DNA from: Hamiltosporidium tvaerminnensis FI-OER-3-3
Taxonomy: Eukaryota; Fungi; Microsporidia
Assembly (NCBI GenBank): GCA_022605425.2
Contig: CM061250.1
Span: 496,001-560,000 of the forward strand
Length of the DNA: 64,000 nt
Direction: 5' to 3'
Below the pieces are notes generated by a model. That model searched no databases. It was given only the letters and a program-made list of their open reading frames with translations, and was not told the origin of the DNA. Position numbers and translations under genes: made by a program. Each line of letters begins with the position of its first letter. Positions within the stretch are counted from its first letter, which is position 1. Below are positions 1 through 12,622 of the stretch, piece after piece.

Positions 1-3000
1 GAAACCATTCGCAAATAAACACAAATTTGATGTTAAATTTTTTTTTAACGTAAGATTTAGATGCAGATATATATTCATATATACTTAAAAAGGCAGTCTA
101 AATCTTTTTTTTTCGTTTTTGAAACGGAGATACACAAGAGAACTACCATTTTTTTCGAAAAAATATATCACTGTATATTATGGAACAATCTAAGGAATGT
201 ACTAAAACTCATGTTAACTATATCTGTATTACAAAAGAATATGAGGAAACATAAAAAAGATGCCAAATATAATGGTTTAATTTTGGATGATACTACAACT
301 TATAAAAATCTTAACGAAAATTGAAAATTCGCGTCAATATAAAAGAAGTTAATAAAATAGTCAAAAGTATTTGATTAAAAAAGAAATTACGAATAATATG
401 GCAGGTAAATATATAATTTATATTTCTTGTAAATCGATTAAACCAAAAACAAAATATAATTGCTAAATTGACACAGTCTGTCAACGATATAACGAAATAA
501 ATTTGTATCTAATTAATCTAGAAAAAGGCATATTCTTACAAAATTCTAAGAATTTTTATTCTTCAGTTCATATCAAGAAAAATGTATTAAGACATCTGAA
601 ATCAGATTATCAAAAGACACGAGATAAAAAATTCTAACTTTTAATTGTCTCTTGGTCAGTAATCATGGAGCAGTGTAGTAATCAGAAAAACCCATGATAA
701 AGATGTTCGTCTCGCACAATCTAGGCGGATTTTAATGAACACAAATAATATCATATCTTTTTAGTTAAAAAAATGAGTAAGCGAAGAAATAAAATTCAAA
801 ATTTTCCAAATATTGATAATAGTTGTAGACTGTAAATAAAATAGGCGAGAAGCAGAAATTTACAAATTTCTAATGACAGGTTTCTTCAAAATGTTCGTCG
901 GGTAAAGAATACACTAACAGTGATCGCTTAGATACTAATTGAGATAGATGCTAAATCTCAAAGTTTATTTGTGTTCTCTGGTAATAAAAATAAGATGTTT
1001 ATTTTTAAATAATACAATGGCTAAAAAGTACATTTTTGCGTGTAAAAATGATAAAATAAACACCTTGTCGTATAAAAATAATATATTGAATATAAAAAAT
1101 TCTCAAATTTTTGGGTCTGAAAATATTTTTATAACTAAAAATGTATAGATTTATTAGATGTTTTTGATTTGGTTTTTTTTACTTGAATTCGGAATTCGTA
1201 GCAAATAAACTTTTGTTTCGTAAAAACCAACTTTTTTTCACAAAGTAAATTTTCACATTGAAGAATTTTTTATTTCGATTGTTTTTTTATAAGTAACCCG
1301 AGTCTAATTATAAATACGCATTTGCGAAATATTTGAATTTATTCTTACAAAAAACATATAAATTGAAAATTATATCAATTCCAGGATATTGTAAGGCTGT
1401 TTCTAAATGTGAAATTTTCAATATATAGAAATTCAGTTCCAAGAATTTTAAATATATTTATTTATTAATTATAGAATGGTAAGAGGTAAAAATCAGCTAG
1501 GATAAAAAAATTATCAGATAAAACGAAGTGTTATTCAATCTTATTGAATATATAAAAGAGATCGTATATTTATTTTTGGAAATAATTTTATTCTACTTTT
1601 AAAACATTGAAATTAATATCTACAAATTCTGAATACTATAATTATATATTTGAATCTCTAAAATGTATTGTATAATTTATAAAATGATGCAGCAAAAAAT
1701 TTTAATACGATTTGAGAAATAAGGCATGTTTCTGTATAATAATTGCTGTAGTTTCGTTTTACTTCTGTAAATTATATGGTATATATTTTGCAGCAGCACT
1801 TACTCTTTAAATTTCATCAAATGAAACAGGAAATAATAATAAAATTATTTTAAGTCAATTTATACATTAAGATGACAAATATAATAAGCATATAAACTGC
1901 GAGATATATTCTGACATGGAAAATTAGATAATACAATGTTTCAAAGCTATAATTTATGTCAGGAAATAATTACTAAAGCTGATCTAATACAGAAAAAAAA
2001 GCATTAACAACTATAATTGTTTTAGGTACAGTATGCAAAAAAATCCGAGCACTCAAAAAATTCTAAATTTCTATATATTTTTAATAAGCATTTTACATAC
2101 TTTTGTAGTAAATACGAAGTTATAATACTGTATAGGAATGGTATTCTTTATATATTGCGTTTATAATCTCTATTTATACATTTGCAGATATATCTTTTGA
2201 AAATGTCAAAAAAAAATCCGATACCGAAAAATTATAAATATTTTGTTTCAAAAATCTGATAATTGAATTTTCAAGTTATTAATCACCTTTTAATAAGCTA
2301 TATTTGATTGGTCAGAAACAAAGATGCTATAGTAGAGTTAGAATAAAGGGTTATTCAACGATAAAATTTTTTGGATTGCTTCAAATGGCTAGGTCTATAG
2401 TCAATAATGCCGTATAAGAATAGAAATAAAAGATAAAAATCGTAGACATAGATCTCGACGCCTTTCTTTTGTGATATCGCGAGGACTAATATAATTTCGG
2501 ATTTACGAAAAAAAATCTCATAATTTCCAGCATAGACCATAAAAAATTAGATGTGTTTTGCAATTAGCGGCTCTACCCAGATCTTGGAAGGACATGGGTA
2601 AACTTGGTGTCTATACCTGTTTACTGCCCAAAAATCTTTGTGTCTAAAATTTATGGCTGCTAGATTTAAAATTTCAAAATCATTTTTATCGATTTCAGAT
2701 TATGATTGAAAACGACAATATTTAGTGATAAATTCAATCACTTGTTAATCTTGAATGGTAGGTTATGTATGGATGGAGCAAGGGAAACGCCTTTATTCTA
2801 AACATATGACCAACAGCTAAGATAATTGAGGAAATATTATGGTTTTGAAATGTATGGCATATCAATAATTAAAAATTTGAAATTTATATATATTCGTCAA
2901 GAAATATTTTAATAATTTAGTATTATTGCCCAAAATTTAGAATCATCTGCAAGAAATCGGGTTTGGATGAGAATATTTTTTTTGACAAAGTAATGATCAT

Positions 3001-3116
3001 AAGCATACATAGAGGTTACTATATAATATTTCGCATGAAAAGAAACTTAATAATTTTCTTAGTCATCGCAATCAATGGATTTTAACTTGATAGAACATAA
3101 TTGGCTTATATGAAAA

Positions 3117-3227
3117 TTTTTATTTAATAAAATTCTGGGTTAAAATATTTTGACCATTTTTTTATGTTTTCTTCTACCTCTTTAACCACTGCTGTCTCTT
3201 CTTCCAAATCCGACTCTTCATTTATGA
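3117..3227 (-). mobile_element. 111-bp 5'-truncated copy of the R4-like non-LTR retrotransposon with 13-bp target-site duplication
   Basis: Matches the 3' end of the element at 46406-46513 and ends AACCCAGAATTTTATTAAATAAAAA on the - strand. Flanked by exact repeat GCTTATATGAAAA at 3104-3116 and 3228-3240. Confidence 0.9.
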
Positions 3228-6169
3228 GCTTATATGAAAAAAGATTATATAATCTTAATTATAAAAATGAGAATTTCAAAAATAAAAAATTTAGAGAAAT
3301 TTGGAACAAAATTCAAAACCTATTGCGCAAAACTTTTTATGACTATGAAAAACGAGTTTGGCTGTCGTAACGCTCCGTAGATGGCATAATAAATATCGAT
3401 TATGAGTTTCCGGATTTTTTTGACTAAAATTTTGCTAAATTTAATCTTTTTGTAATATATAGACAACATTGTTTAAAATGAACCTAATTATATGTTTAAA
3501 ATATACGCTTGTTTTATCTCTTAAAACACTTTAAAGTACGACGTTTATATGAATGATTTTATTAAAACATAGGGCCCTGATTTTTTGACATACTTTATAT
3601 CGGGGATTGTGTATCAAAATAGTCAATTCGTTGATATAAATAATTTTTGGTGAATAGTCTGTTTTTTTGCCAAGAGTTTCTCATACTTCACTCAAAGATC
3701 AAAGAAACATATAAGTCCAATAGAACTCTGGTTATTTCTACATATTTATTGATTCCTCAATATTTTCATTCAAAGCCTACAAACATTGAAAAAAGGAAAG
3801 ATATTCTAAAGTTAGAGCTTATATTAAAAAATTCCATATGATTACATAGATCATTCGCTCGCCAAGCAAACCTCAGAAATTTTAATATCAATACTTCTAA
3901 AATAATAAAAAGTTTCAAAACATTTAGTTTAAAAAATAGTTTAGAATATGTCTTGACATATGATTGCAAATGATACATACCAAATTACTGTTATTTAATT
4001 TAATCATGTTAAATATCGAAATAGCTGTAGCAAAAAAACCGAATTTATGTAAAAACAGTTAAAGTATACCCATGTCATCTTTCTATATATGTCGAAGTCT
4101 TTTTTGAAATAAGACTATACACAAAAAGAGAAATTTAGAATGCGTTATTCCAATTTCGTTTTTTGATTTTTTTTTCATAAACTTAAAAATATTTAGTAAT
4201 TCCAGCAGCAGTTTTCCTATTATTCCTATTGCTATAAGTTTCTTAAAGGAAAAAATTAAAATTTAAATTGATTCGTTTTTACTTCATAGGTGATCTCTAT
4301 TCTCTATAAATATACACCGTTTTATTTGTAATAACAGCAACGAAACCTACGTAAATTGAAGGGTAGAATTGGTTGCTTAGTTTTTGGTTATTATGTACCG
4401 GGGAAATGCTTTGTAAAAATCTAGCTATCCAAAAAAAAAGCTTAAATTAAATTTGGTTTTTACACCATATACGGTTATGTTATGTGTAAAAACAATATAT
4501 TAATACGGCTCAGGTCCCCAATTCTCTTGGGTTCGTGTAGTTCCACGCGATTCATTTTTTACTGTCTTATTTACTCGTTAGCTCTTATTGTTCGCATTTG
4601 TGTTGCATATTCTTCCACATATAGCCTTGATATTTGGATCAGTTAAAAAGATTCCGAAGATTACTGTTTTAATATTTCGATTTATCGAATTTCATTGCAA
4701 TCCAAACACCAAAGCTGTCAAACCAAAGTTTGAAGTAATATTTTTCTGATTCGAAAGTCTGTATATAATAAATTGCAATTTTTTTTATATTTAAGTGTAA
4801 AATCCAAATACCGAAGCATGCCTCTGTAATTATTTTGATTGATATAGTCCAAGATCCAAGTAAGTCTGCATGCCTTTCGTTTTGAAATGTGCCCTAAAAC
4901 TTCGTTTCATTTCTGTTTTTTTACACTCAAACTTTCTCGCTGTAGTACCTTTCAATATATAAATTAAAAATATAGAAAAAAGGAATAAAGAGCTTCGAAA
5001 AATTATAAATTGTGTTATGTCCTTATAGGCAATTGTCCTAAAATTTAAAATACTTTATTCATGTTACGAATATAAAAAAATAAAATAATAAAAAAACTCG
5101 AAGAAAGAAGAGATATAAAATAAAAGGAAATATCGCATTGATTTAATAAACACATTCTGAATGATGCAGGTTAAATACCAAATTAAAATATCTGTTTTGA
5201 ATGAATATTCTAGATTTATTTAAAATTATTGTTTTAGAGTGCTTTTCGGAATAAAAGAAGTACTAAATTTTCGTGAATTGCGAATCCACTGACAAGGAAG
5301 GAAATGTTACCCAAAGGTGAAAATTTCCCATCAATCATATTTACGTTTTTAGCGTAACATGATTCAAAGCCAGATATAGATTCAAAGTAATCGCCCTGTA
5401 AGGAATGTGAAACTGGCCTTGCTTACTCAAGATAAAAGACCCATAGTCTTAGAATTACATAAACATAATTTCAACCACCATACATGGCAAGTAGCAGGTT
5501 TTATACGTAGATATTGCATCAAAACATTGAAATAAGTGTCACTTAAATCGCTGATATATAACCGAGATGTCTTTTTGGGTTGGAAAATGTAAAAGTAATG
5601 TGAATATACTAGTCTTTGGGTAAATAAAAGTGGGGGTAGGTCTGCGATCTGATACCAGTACTGGAATTAACGAATTTTGTGAGATCGCCTCGATTATCAA
5701 ATAGATTATACATACCTAATCATGATAGAATATTTAATGTTTGTGTCGCAAGACATATCGATGAACACTGGTATGAACAGTAATTAATTTAACACGGAAC
5801 CACGTCAGAGGCATAAAGAAATATACCATGTACTATTTTTTATAGAAATGTGTGATATTAATTGATAAAAAGACACATACGAATTTATTATAAAAAAATC
5901 TTAAAAGCATATGAATATAAAATAACTGGAAGAAATTTGATATCAGAAAATTTATAAGAACATGGAGGATGATTGGGACATGGTTCTATGTAGTAAAAGA
6001 GATGTATTAAAATTAACTATGAAAAAAATTTAGAGGTGTTTGGAAATCACGGTTCTATCGATACCGAGGGTTTTTTTTGTTATTGCAGTTTTAAATATGA
6101 TTTATATTCGAATCTTTTATTTTTTTGTATTGAAATCTATAAATAAAAATTTGAAATCAATCCTTCAAT

Positions 6170-8743
6170 ATGATTATCAATCAAATAATGCAATTTTTTT
6201 ATCGTTATTTATTTCTTTTTATGAATATGGCATATTTATCAGACAATAGAGATTATTTACATCAAAATCAAAGCAATGATAGTCATTATAATGAATATAA
6301 TTTACAATCCGGATATCCATACAGCCAACTCACAAACGGAATGCCAACATACATACAAAATCTTAATCCTGTTCTGGGACAAAGGACATCAAACAATCGA
6401 TCGCAACCATATTCTTTACCATTAAGACCGCAAGCTAGGTATCAACATTCTGGCTTTGATTATCCAACGTATATGGGACATCCAACGTATATGGGACATC
6501 CAACGTATATGGGAAATCCAACGTATATGGGACATCCAACGTCTATGGGACATCTAACGTCTATGGGAAATCAAACGTCTATGGGAAATCAAACGTATAT
6601 GGGACATCTAACGTCTATGGGACATCTAACGTATATGGGACATCCAACATATATGGGACATCTAACGTCTATGGGACATCTAACGTATATGGGTTATCCA
6701 ACATATATGGGAAATCAAACTATATTCCAACAAGACCCGAGATATGATTATATATGGTATGACCCTTTAACGGGAGCCCATTTCGAATCTCGTGGCCCAC
6801 CAAATTTAAATCAATCTAATTCAATAATTTCTGATACAAATGCTACAATTGCAAGAAATGAAAATCCTACAAATGGAAATATACCTATAAGTAACTCTGG
6901 CTTACACGGAACAGATGAAGAGGGAAATGGAGCTGTGGATGGTGAGGTCAATAGTGAATTAGAAGAAGGAATACGTGGACGAACGGATGTAACCGATGAA
7001 CTTTCAACCTCACATAATAAAATAGCCCTTACACCTAGCGGATATTTTTCGTCCGGACAGACTCCCGATGTAGAAGTACATACGATCCAACAAAACGCAA
7101 CAGAACCAGATATTATTGTTACTTATTCTGATAGTTTATCAAAGATAAATTCAACTCCTCTTCCATTTCATGCCTTAAAAAGCCAAATAATAATTTCAAA
7201 AGTAAAACCAACTCGAGCGAGTAGAAATAAAAATCAAACTAGCTCAAAAAGGCATTCACACAAAGAAGATATAAATGAAAACTTGAAGGATCTGTTTTTG
7301 AAAATAGAAAAATATGTGGCAACAGCCGATAATTCGGATTTATTATGGTCTTCGATCTCAGAAGATAAACAGATAATGGATTGGGCCAAAATTACAAAGT
7401 ATTTGCGCGAATATGCCATAACAAAGTTCCAAAATAATAATGAGTTCTGCTTAATAACAATAAAAAAATTACAATCTCATTATGAAAAAATTTTAAAAGA
7501 TATAAACGAAAGTAGTAAATGGGTTGAATCTGAAAGAGAAGGGAAAATTTTTAAAATAATACTGAATAAGAAGAAATCTAAATGGAAACAAAAAATGTTA
7601 CAGATTAATGAAAATAAAACTTCCATTTTTCAGTTAATTTTTTATAATTTAAATAAAATTCTGATGAATCTTTCGCCGCCTCGTACATCTACTACACAAA
7701 CAGAAGCTCGTTCGTCAGATTTTGAAGTTTCTATTGAGAAATTGGAAGATTTTCTCAATCAGGAAATACGTAATTTAGAAAATCTCAATACTGAAATCTC
7801 GGATTTTTCAAAAATATGTTCTTCCTTTGTTCATTATGAAAGAACTATATTTCTTAATAAAGATAAAAACGAAATAGTTAATTCTTTTCCAATTCTTAAA
7901 ATAGAAGAGACATTATCTAAACTTGAAACATGTATGAAACGAAATATAGTTTACGAAATATTAGCTTTCATATATTTACACAAAGCCGAACCTTTAAAAT
8001 CTATCAAAAAGTATCATGTGATTTCGACTTATTTTATTTTGAAAGCTTTATACATTCATTTAGATAAACTAAGATATCTGGATTATTATACTCATAGTAC
8101 TTCGCCAAAAGCCCCAAATTCAAGATACATGATGGGTTCGAAGATTTTTTACATAGGTCAGCTATTTGAAAAACTGTTAAGAAATTTGGAAAATTCCGAA
8201 TCGAAAGCAGACTCTTATGGGATTTTAAATTGTCTTCGATTTCTTTTCACTGTAACGCGAATAGGCGGGAACAATAGCGGTATGTTAAAGTTACAGATAA
8301 CTACGGTAATAGCAATGGTAATAGATGAATCATTCAGTTTTGACAAAAATAAATCAATTGAGTTTGCTGCTTTTGCTTTGCAAATTATGGATATAACTAC
8401 TAATAAGAACGGATATTTCCATAATAACAAGTTTGAATATTTTTTGGAACAAAATTTTTCTTTCTTTAAAAATATTAAAGCTGATGAGCGGTTGTATTGT
8501 GTGAAAGACACAAAAATAGTAAAATCAATAGCTGATAGTTGGAATGATTTGATCGGAAAATTTCGTCAAATATTAGATCAGTCATTAGAAAACGAAACGA
8601 ATGCTTCCAGAAGTTTACGATTCAAAGAAATATATATTTGGCAGTTATATTGGATTGTTATTAATAGGAATAGGGCACAAGTATTTTACATGGACATTGC
8701 GAAAAGAATGCAAAAAGTAAAATTATTATTGGAAAACCTATAA
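6170..8743 (+). CDS. Orphan 857-aa protein, possibly secreted, with hexapeptide repeats, a low-complexity N-half and a predicted helical C-half
   Basis: Long intact ORF in AT-rich DNA with a hydrophobic N-terminus (IMQFFYRYLFLFM). No recognisable catalytic motif. Confidence 0.8.
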   Translation: MIINQIMQFFYRYLFLFMNMAYLSDNRDYLHQNQSNDSHYNEYNLQSGYPYSQLTNGMPTYIQNLNPVLGQRTSNNRSQPYSLPLRPQARYQHSGFDYPTYMGHPTYMGHPTYMGNPTYMGHPTSMGHLTSMGNQTSMGNQTYMGHLTSMGHLTYMGHPTYMGHLTSMGHLTYMGYPTYMGNQTIFQQDPRYDYIWYDPLTGAHFESRGPPNLNQSNSIISDTNATIARNENPTNGNIPISNSGLHGTDEEGNGAVDGEVNSELEEGIRGRTDVTDELSTSHNKIALTPSGYFSSGQTPDVEVHTIQQNATEPDIIVTYSDSLSKINSTPLPFHALKSQIIISKVKPTRASRNKNQTSSKRHSHKEDINENLKDLFLKIEKYVATADNSDLLWSSISEDKQIMDWAKITKYLREYAITKFQNNNEFCLITIKKLQSHYEKILKDINESSKWVESEREGKIFKIILNKKKSKWKQKMLQINENKTSIFQLIFYNLNKILMNLSPPRTSTTQTEARSSDFEVSIEKLEDFLNQEIRNLENLNTEISDFSKICSSFVHYERTIFLNKDKNEIVNSFPILKIEETLSKLETCMKRNIVYEILAFIYLHKAEPLKSIKKYHVISTYFILKALYIHLDKLRYLDYYTHSTSPKAPNSRYMMGSKIFYIGQLFEKLLRNLENSESKADSYGILNCLRFLFTVTRIGGNNSGMLKLQITTVIAMVIDESFSFDKNKSIEFAAFALQIMDITTNKNGYFHNNKFEYFLEQNFSFFKNIKADERLYCVKDTKIVKSIADSWNDLIGKFRQILDQSLENETNASRSLRFKEIYIWQLYWIVINRNRAQVFYMDIAKRMQKVKLLLENL
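6461..6721 (+). repeat. In-frame 18-bp minisatellite, 14.5 units, encoding (H/N/Y)(P/L/Q)T(Y/S)MG
   Basis: Unit CATCCAACGTATATGGGA repeated with point variants. Confidence 0.95.
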
Positions 8744-10537
8744 ATTTCTATAATTAAATTGGATTAATTTTCAAATTTTATTTTTTTGCCTTTTTCATAA
8801 ATTATTGTTGTTTAACATGTAAATAGTCTAAAATTTAGCTTTCTCAGGTACAAATACACAAAGAAGTTTGTTTATATTTCTAATGTATTTCCATTTTAAT
8901 AGATACGCATGATGCAATAGGATCAAGGTTTAGTTTTCTGGTTATTAACTCAAAATCATTGAACTTTTGTTTTGATGCATATTGCGAGATAATAATCCCT
9001 TTAATTTCATATATATTGTGAATTTACAATATATGTGTTTTTTATTTTATCTTATATTGCATGTTATCCGGTTATTTTTCAAAAAAAACTATCCTAGGAT
9101 ACTACAAGTTTTTTTTTTCAAAAAACTAAACACCACAATCATAGCCTTTGAGTTTAAAAATTTATTTGCGCTTCATAAAACAAGGATGTACACCAGAAAT
9201 TTTACCCTTCTTTACTTTTATGAAGTATAGATTATCTAAATGCTTTAAAGCCAAATGAAACCTTATAAGCTAATAAATACCGCAAAAATAGCAACACAGT
9301 AAAATTATAAAGTAAAAAATGATTTTAACCTTTATTTTTAGTTTTTCTAAAAATTATTTCTAGTTCTAAAAAATCATTTGGAGGGAAGATAACTGCATTC
9401 AAAACACTTGATTGGCAAGTAGTGTGTACGATTCGCATGAGTTAATTACTGCCGTAGTGGTAGGTTATAACCTTCAATTGATTTATAGGTCAATCCCCTA
9501 TAATTCTGAATTACAACAGATTAAAGAAACAAATAAAAAGCCTTTCATTTCTGCACCCTCGACACCGAAAGGTAAAAGAGGACTGGAATAATTAAGTAAG
9601 AAAAGTTTTTTTCAACAAATTGAGAGTTGTGAGGATGAAATAAAAGATATATTTAGCAAGAAATATATCAGTTATTTTGATACTAATAAAGAAATTAGCT
9701 CAGAGATTTACATTCTCTAACATATAATTTCGGTCACAAAGGGTTATTCTGTAGCATTAAAAAATCATACGAATGACATTATGTAAAAGTACAATAAATA
9801 GGAAATCTGATCTAATGAGTATTATTGGAGCCAATTCTATAAACAAAATCTTCTTATTCCTAGAAGCAGATAAATTAGAAAATTTGAACGAATGATAACT
9901 GAAATTAAAACGAAATATATCTAACTTTCTATTTATTAGCCATAATAAAAATACTGTTTGAATATTTCCTGTAAATCCGAAAAGCTGTCGCGTTTAAAAT
10001 GCATGGGAATACTTTCAAACCAGATTTATGTTTATTTCTTCGAATTAATCAAAAAAATATATCACCGCCAGAGATAAGATGAGTTGTTCTGGAGGCACCA
10101 AGCCCGGTAAAGGAAGCGAGTTGGTCATAGATCTAACACACTTATCTCACAAAATCATATTGTTACAAAACTGAAACGAAATAATATAATTTGGGAAAAT
10201 CTTTAAGAAAGCCTAAGCTCTTTTAGAGCTGTAGCGCCAATAAGTAGTAGTACTAATAAAAAAATAAAGGCTTGGAGCAAGACTTACTCTCCCCTCCCAT
10301 ACTCACTGAAGTCAGCATTAAAAACTTGAATGTAAAAGTCGCGCAAAAACAAAATAAGAATACGGCGAGGAAGGCTTCTGAAACATTGTATTAGCACAAA
10401 AGAGACAAAAATATTTAGGATATAGCAAAGAAAGATCTATAGAACATGTTCAAAAACAACGAGTGAGCATTTCAAAGAATCAAGATATAGAAACCCTTTA
10501 TCAGGAATATTTTTTCGTCAGTGTAGTAAAACAAAAA

Positions 10538-10772
10538 GGCGCCAATAGTCTAGCTGTGAAGATATCGAGTTTAATTCAGAAAGACCGGGTTCGATCCTCG
10601 TTTGGTGCACGCTTCTTCCTTCGTTCGGAGAACTTGCTCGAGGCTGACAACCTAACCAATCAAAATAAAATTGTCTTTGGAAAGCCTATAACTTGGCGAT
10701 GCTATGATCCATCGTCGGATTGTGTTTCATCCGTAGGGAAGGAGCGAGCTATTAAATAAATAATAAATAGAT
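10538..10772 (+). mobile_element. tRNA-derived SINE-like element (pseudo-tRNA head, structured body, A-rich tail)
   Basis: Head 10539-10609 has acceptor stem GCGCCAA/TTGGTGC, D-stem GTCT/AGAT, B-box GGTTCGATCC and a broken anticodon arm. Tail ATTAAATAAATAATAAA. AAACAAAAA occurs on both sides (10529-10537, 10773-10781). Confidence 0.7.
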
Positions 10773-12622
10773 AAACAAAAAAATACTTGAAGGTTTTTAT
10801 AGTAGAAAAATGACCTAAGGAGACGCTATATTGAGTTTTAAGCGGCATCTTGAAGCGAAAGAATACGAGACAGGTTACAACAGATATGATTAGACAATAT
10901 TAAAGAATGTATGAACTAGATTAAAATGTTGTTGAAAAATTTATTCGAACTAATGTGAAAAGAATTGTAAAAAATGCCATGGCTCTTCAGGGTCTGTAGC
11001 ACAGCGGATTAAGTAGCCTGTAGTAATATTTAAAACCTAAGATGTGATCAAAAATAAAATTATTTTATTTGCATATTAAGGAAAAATTAGACAAGTTTTA
11101 ATATGTATGCCTAAATACATTGTGATTTATTATTACCTTTTTACATATTTTAAAAATATTGAGCAGCTATATTTTCCTATAGCACTCTGTATCTAATATC
11201 TTGATTCGTGATTTTAACCTATTACTCTACTTCCGCAGATGTGATAAATTTCAAAAAAGAATGCAGATATAGACTAAAAAATATAAATTTATACATGACC
11301 AGAACATTGGGGCAATTATATGCAAATAAACTATTTTTTTGTGCATAAGCCATTCCAATTATGAAATAGCGCCTCAAAACATTTCGTCAGTCCAAAGTAT
11401 GAAAATATGCTGTCACAAGCAATAAACTACCCATTTTAAATGTATTTATAACAAAAAATGTATAATTCCAATCTATAAATAATCAAATGAAAAAAAAGTG
11501 TGGAGAGGATATGAAGGAATATATTAAAGCAGTCATCATATCAATATACTAGTTTATTATTGAACAAAACAAAGTTTGCTGCACAGATCTATAATCCCTT
11601 AAGAATAAAAAATATCAAAGAATTAATGTATTTAAGAATTTAAATGCCTGTAAGAAAGATATCATAGAATTTTAGTTTAGAGTAAGCAAATATAAATTTA
11701 AATCAAAATTTTTGATATCATATTGCAATTTACTGTCATAAATATTTCAATTTTTATGAAAAATATCTTGAATTATCGATATTTTATAATCAGAATGAAT
11801 CATATACTGTGATTTGATTTTTATTGTCAAAAATAAATTAAAAATAATTCAGTAAATCTTCTGATATTTTGCAATAATGCGAATCTTCAAAATATAAGTT
11901 TTATCAGATAATATATTGGTGATATTATTAGATTTAAAGATATTTGTTAAAAATTCATCAATTATTTTAAATAAAAGTATAAATAACCATGCTTTTTCTA
12001 TATTAAGAGGGTCTATTATTTTTAGAAATCGTTATAAATATAATTTTTTGATTTTTTTAAAAAAACAAATCAATTATTGAGTAAATAAATCCAAAAAACA
12101 AATATTTGTTTGTTTTGAAACTATTTATGATTCAAAAATTTTAATATTTTTTTTTTATAATTTATTGTTTTATTAGCTTTCTTCTTTGAGCGTTACGGTT
12201 TTTCGGTTTGGTTGCTTTTATATTTCAAATATTCTTTAATTATGGGATTGCATTCGCCACTAGATGGGTGCAATGTATCTTTACCGACTATATTTTTTTT
12301 TATAATCGAGCTATTTTACTTTTGGTATGCTCTTTTAGTGAGATAACTATATTAGAATTTTTTCATAATAATTTAAATTCCAATTAATAATCCGAGCATA
12401 TTTCTAGGTCATTTTATGAATTGTTTAGAAGAAATACCATCTCTTGCACCTTTTATATATTTTTTCAGCAATCAACTATAAATTAGACTCGTATTGAGTT
12501 TAAGAAATATATAATTTTTATAGATAAATTCTTATCAAAATGTAAATCCGGTTTTTACATCGAATTTATTTGTAAAGGAAAATTGAAAAATTCTAAAAAC
12601 GATGTTTAAATTTTTTTTATTA

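Noticed and set aside
10521-10528. GTGTAGTA, the U2 snRNA branch-site recognition sequence (also near 673)
   Set aside because: The flanking U2 sequence and stem-loop I are absent, so this is a chance match.
10565-10582. The pseudo-tRNA could be read with a TTA (ochre suppressor) anticodon, hinting at stop-codon reassignment
   Set aside because: It needs an extra base to form the anticodon stem, and conserved genes here terminate normally at TAA and TAG.
10991-11025. tRNA-5'-like sequence GGGTCTGTAGCACAGCGG
   Set aside because: No B box, T arm or matching acceptor strand follows.
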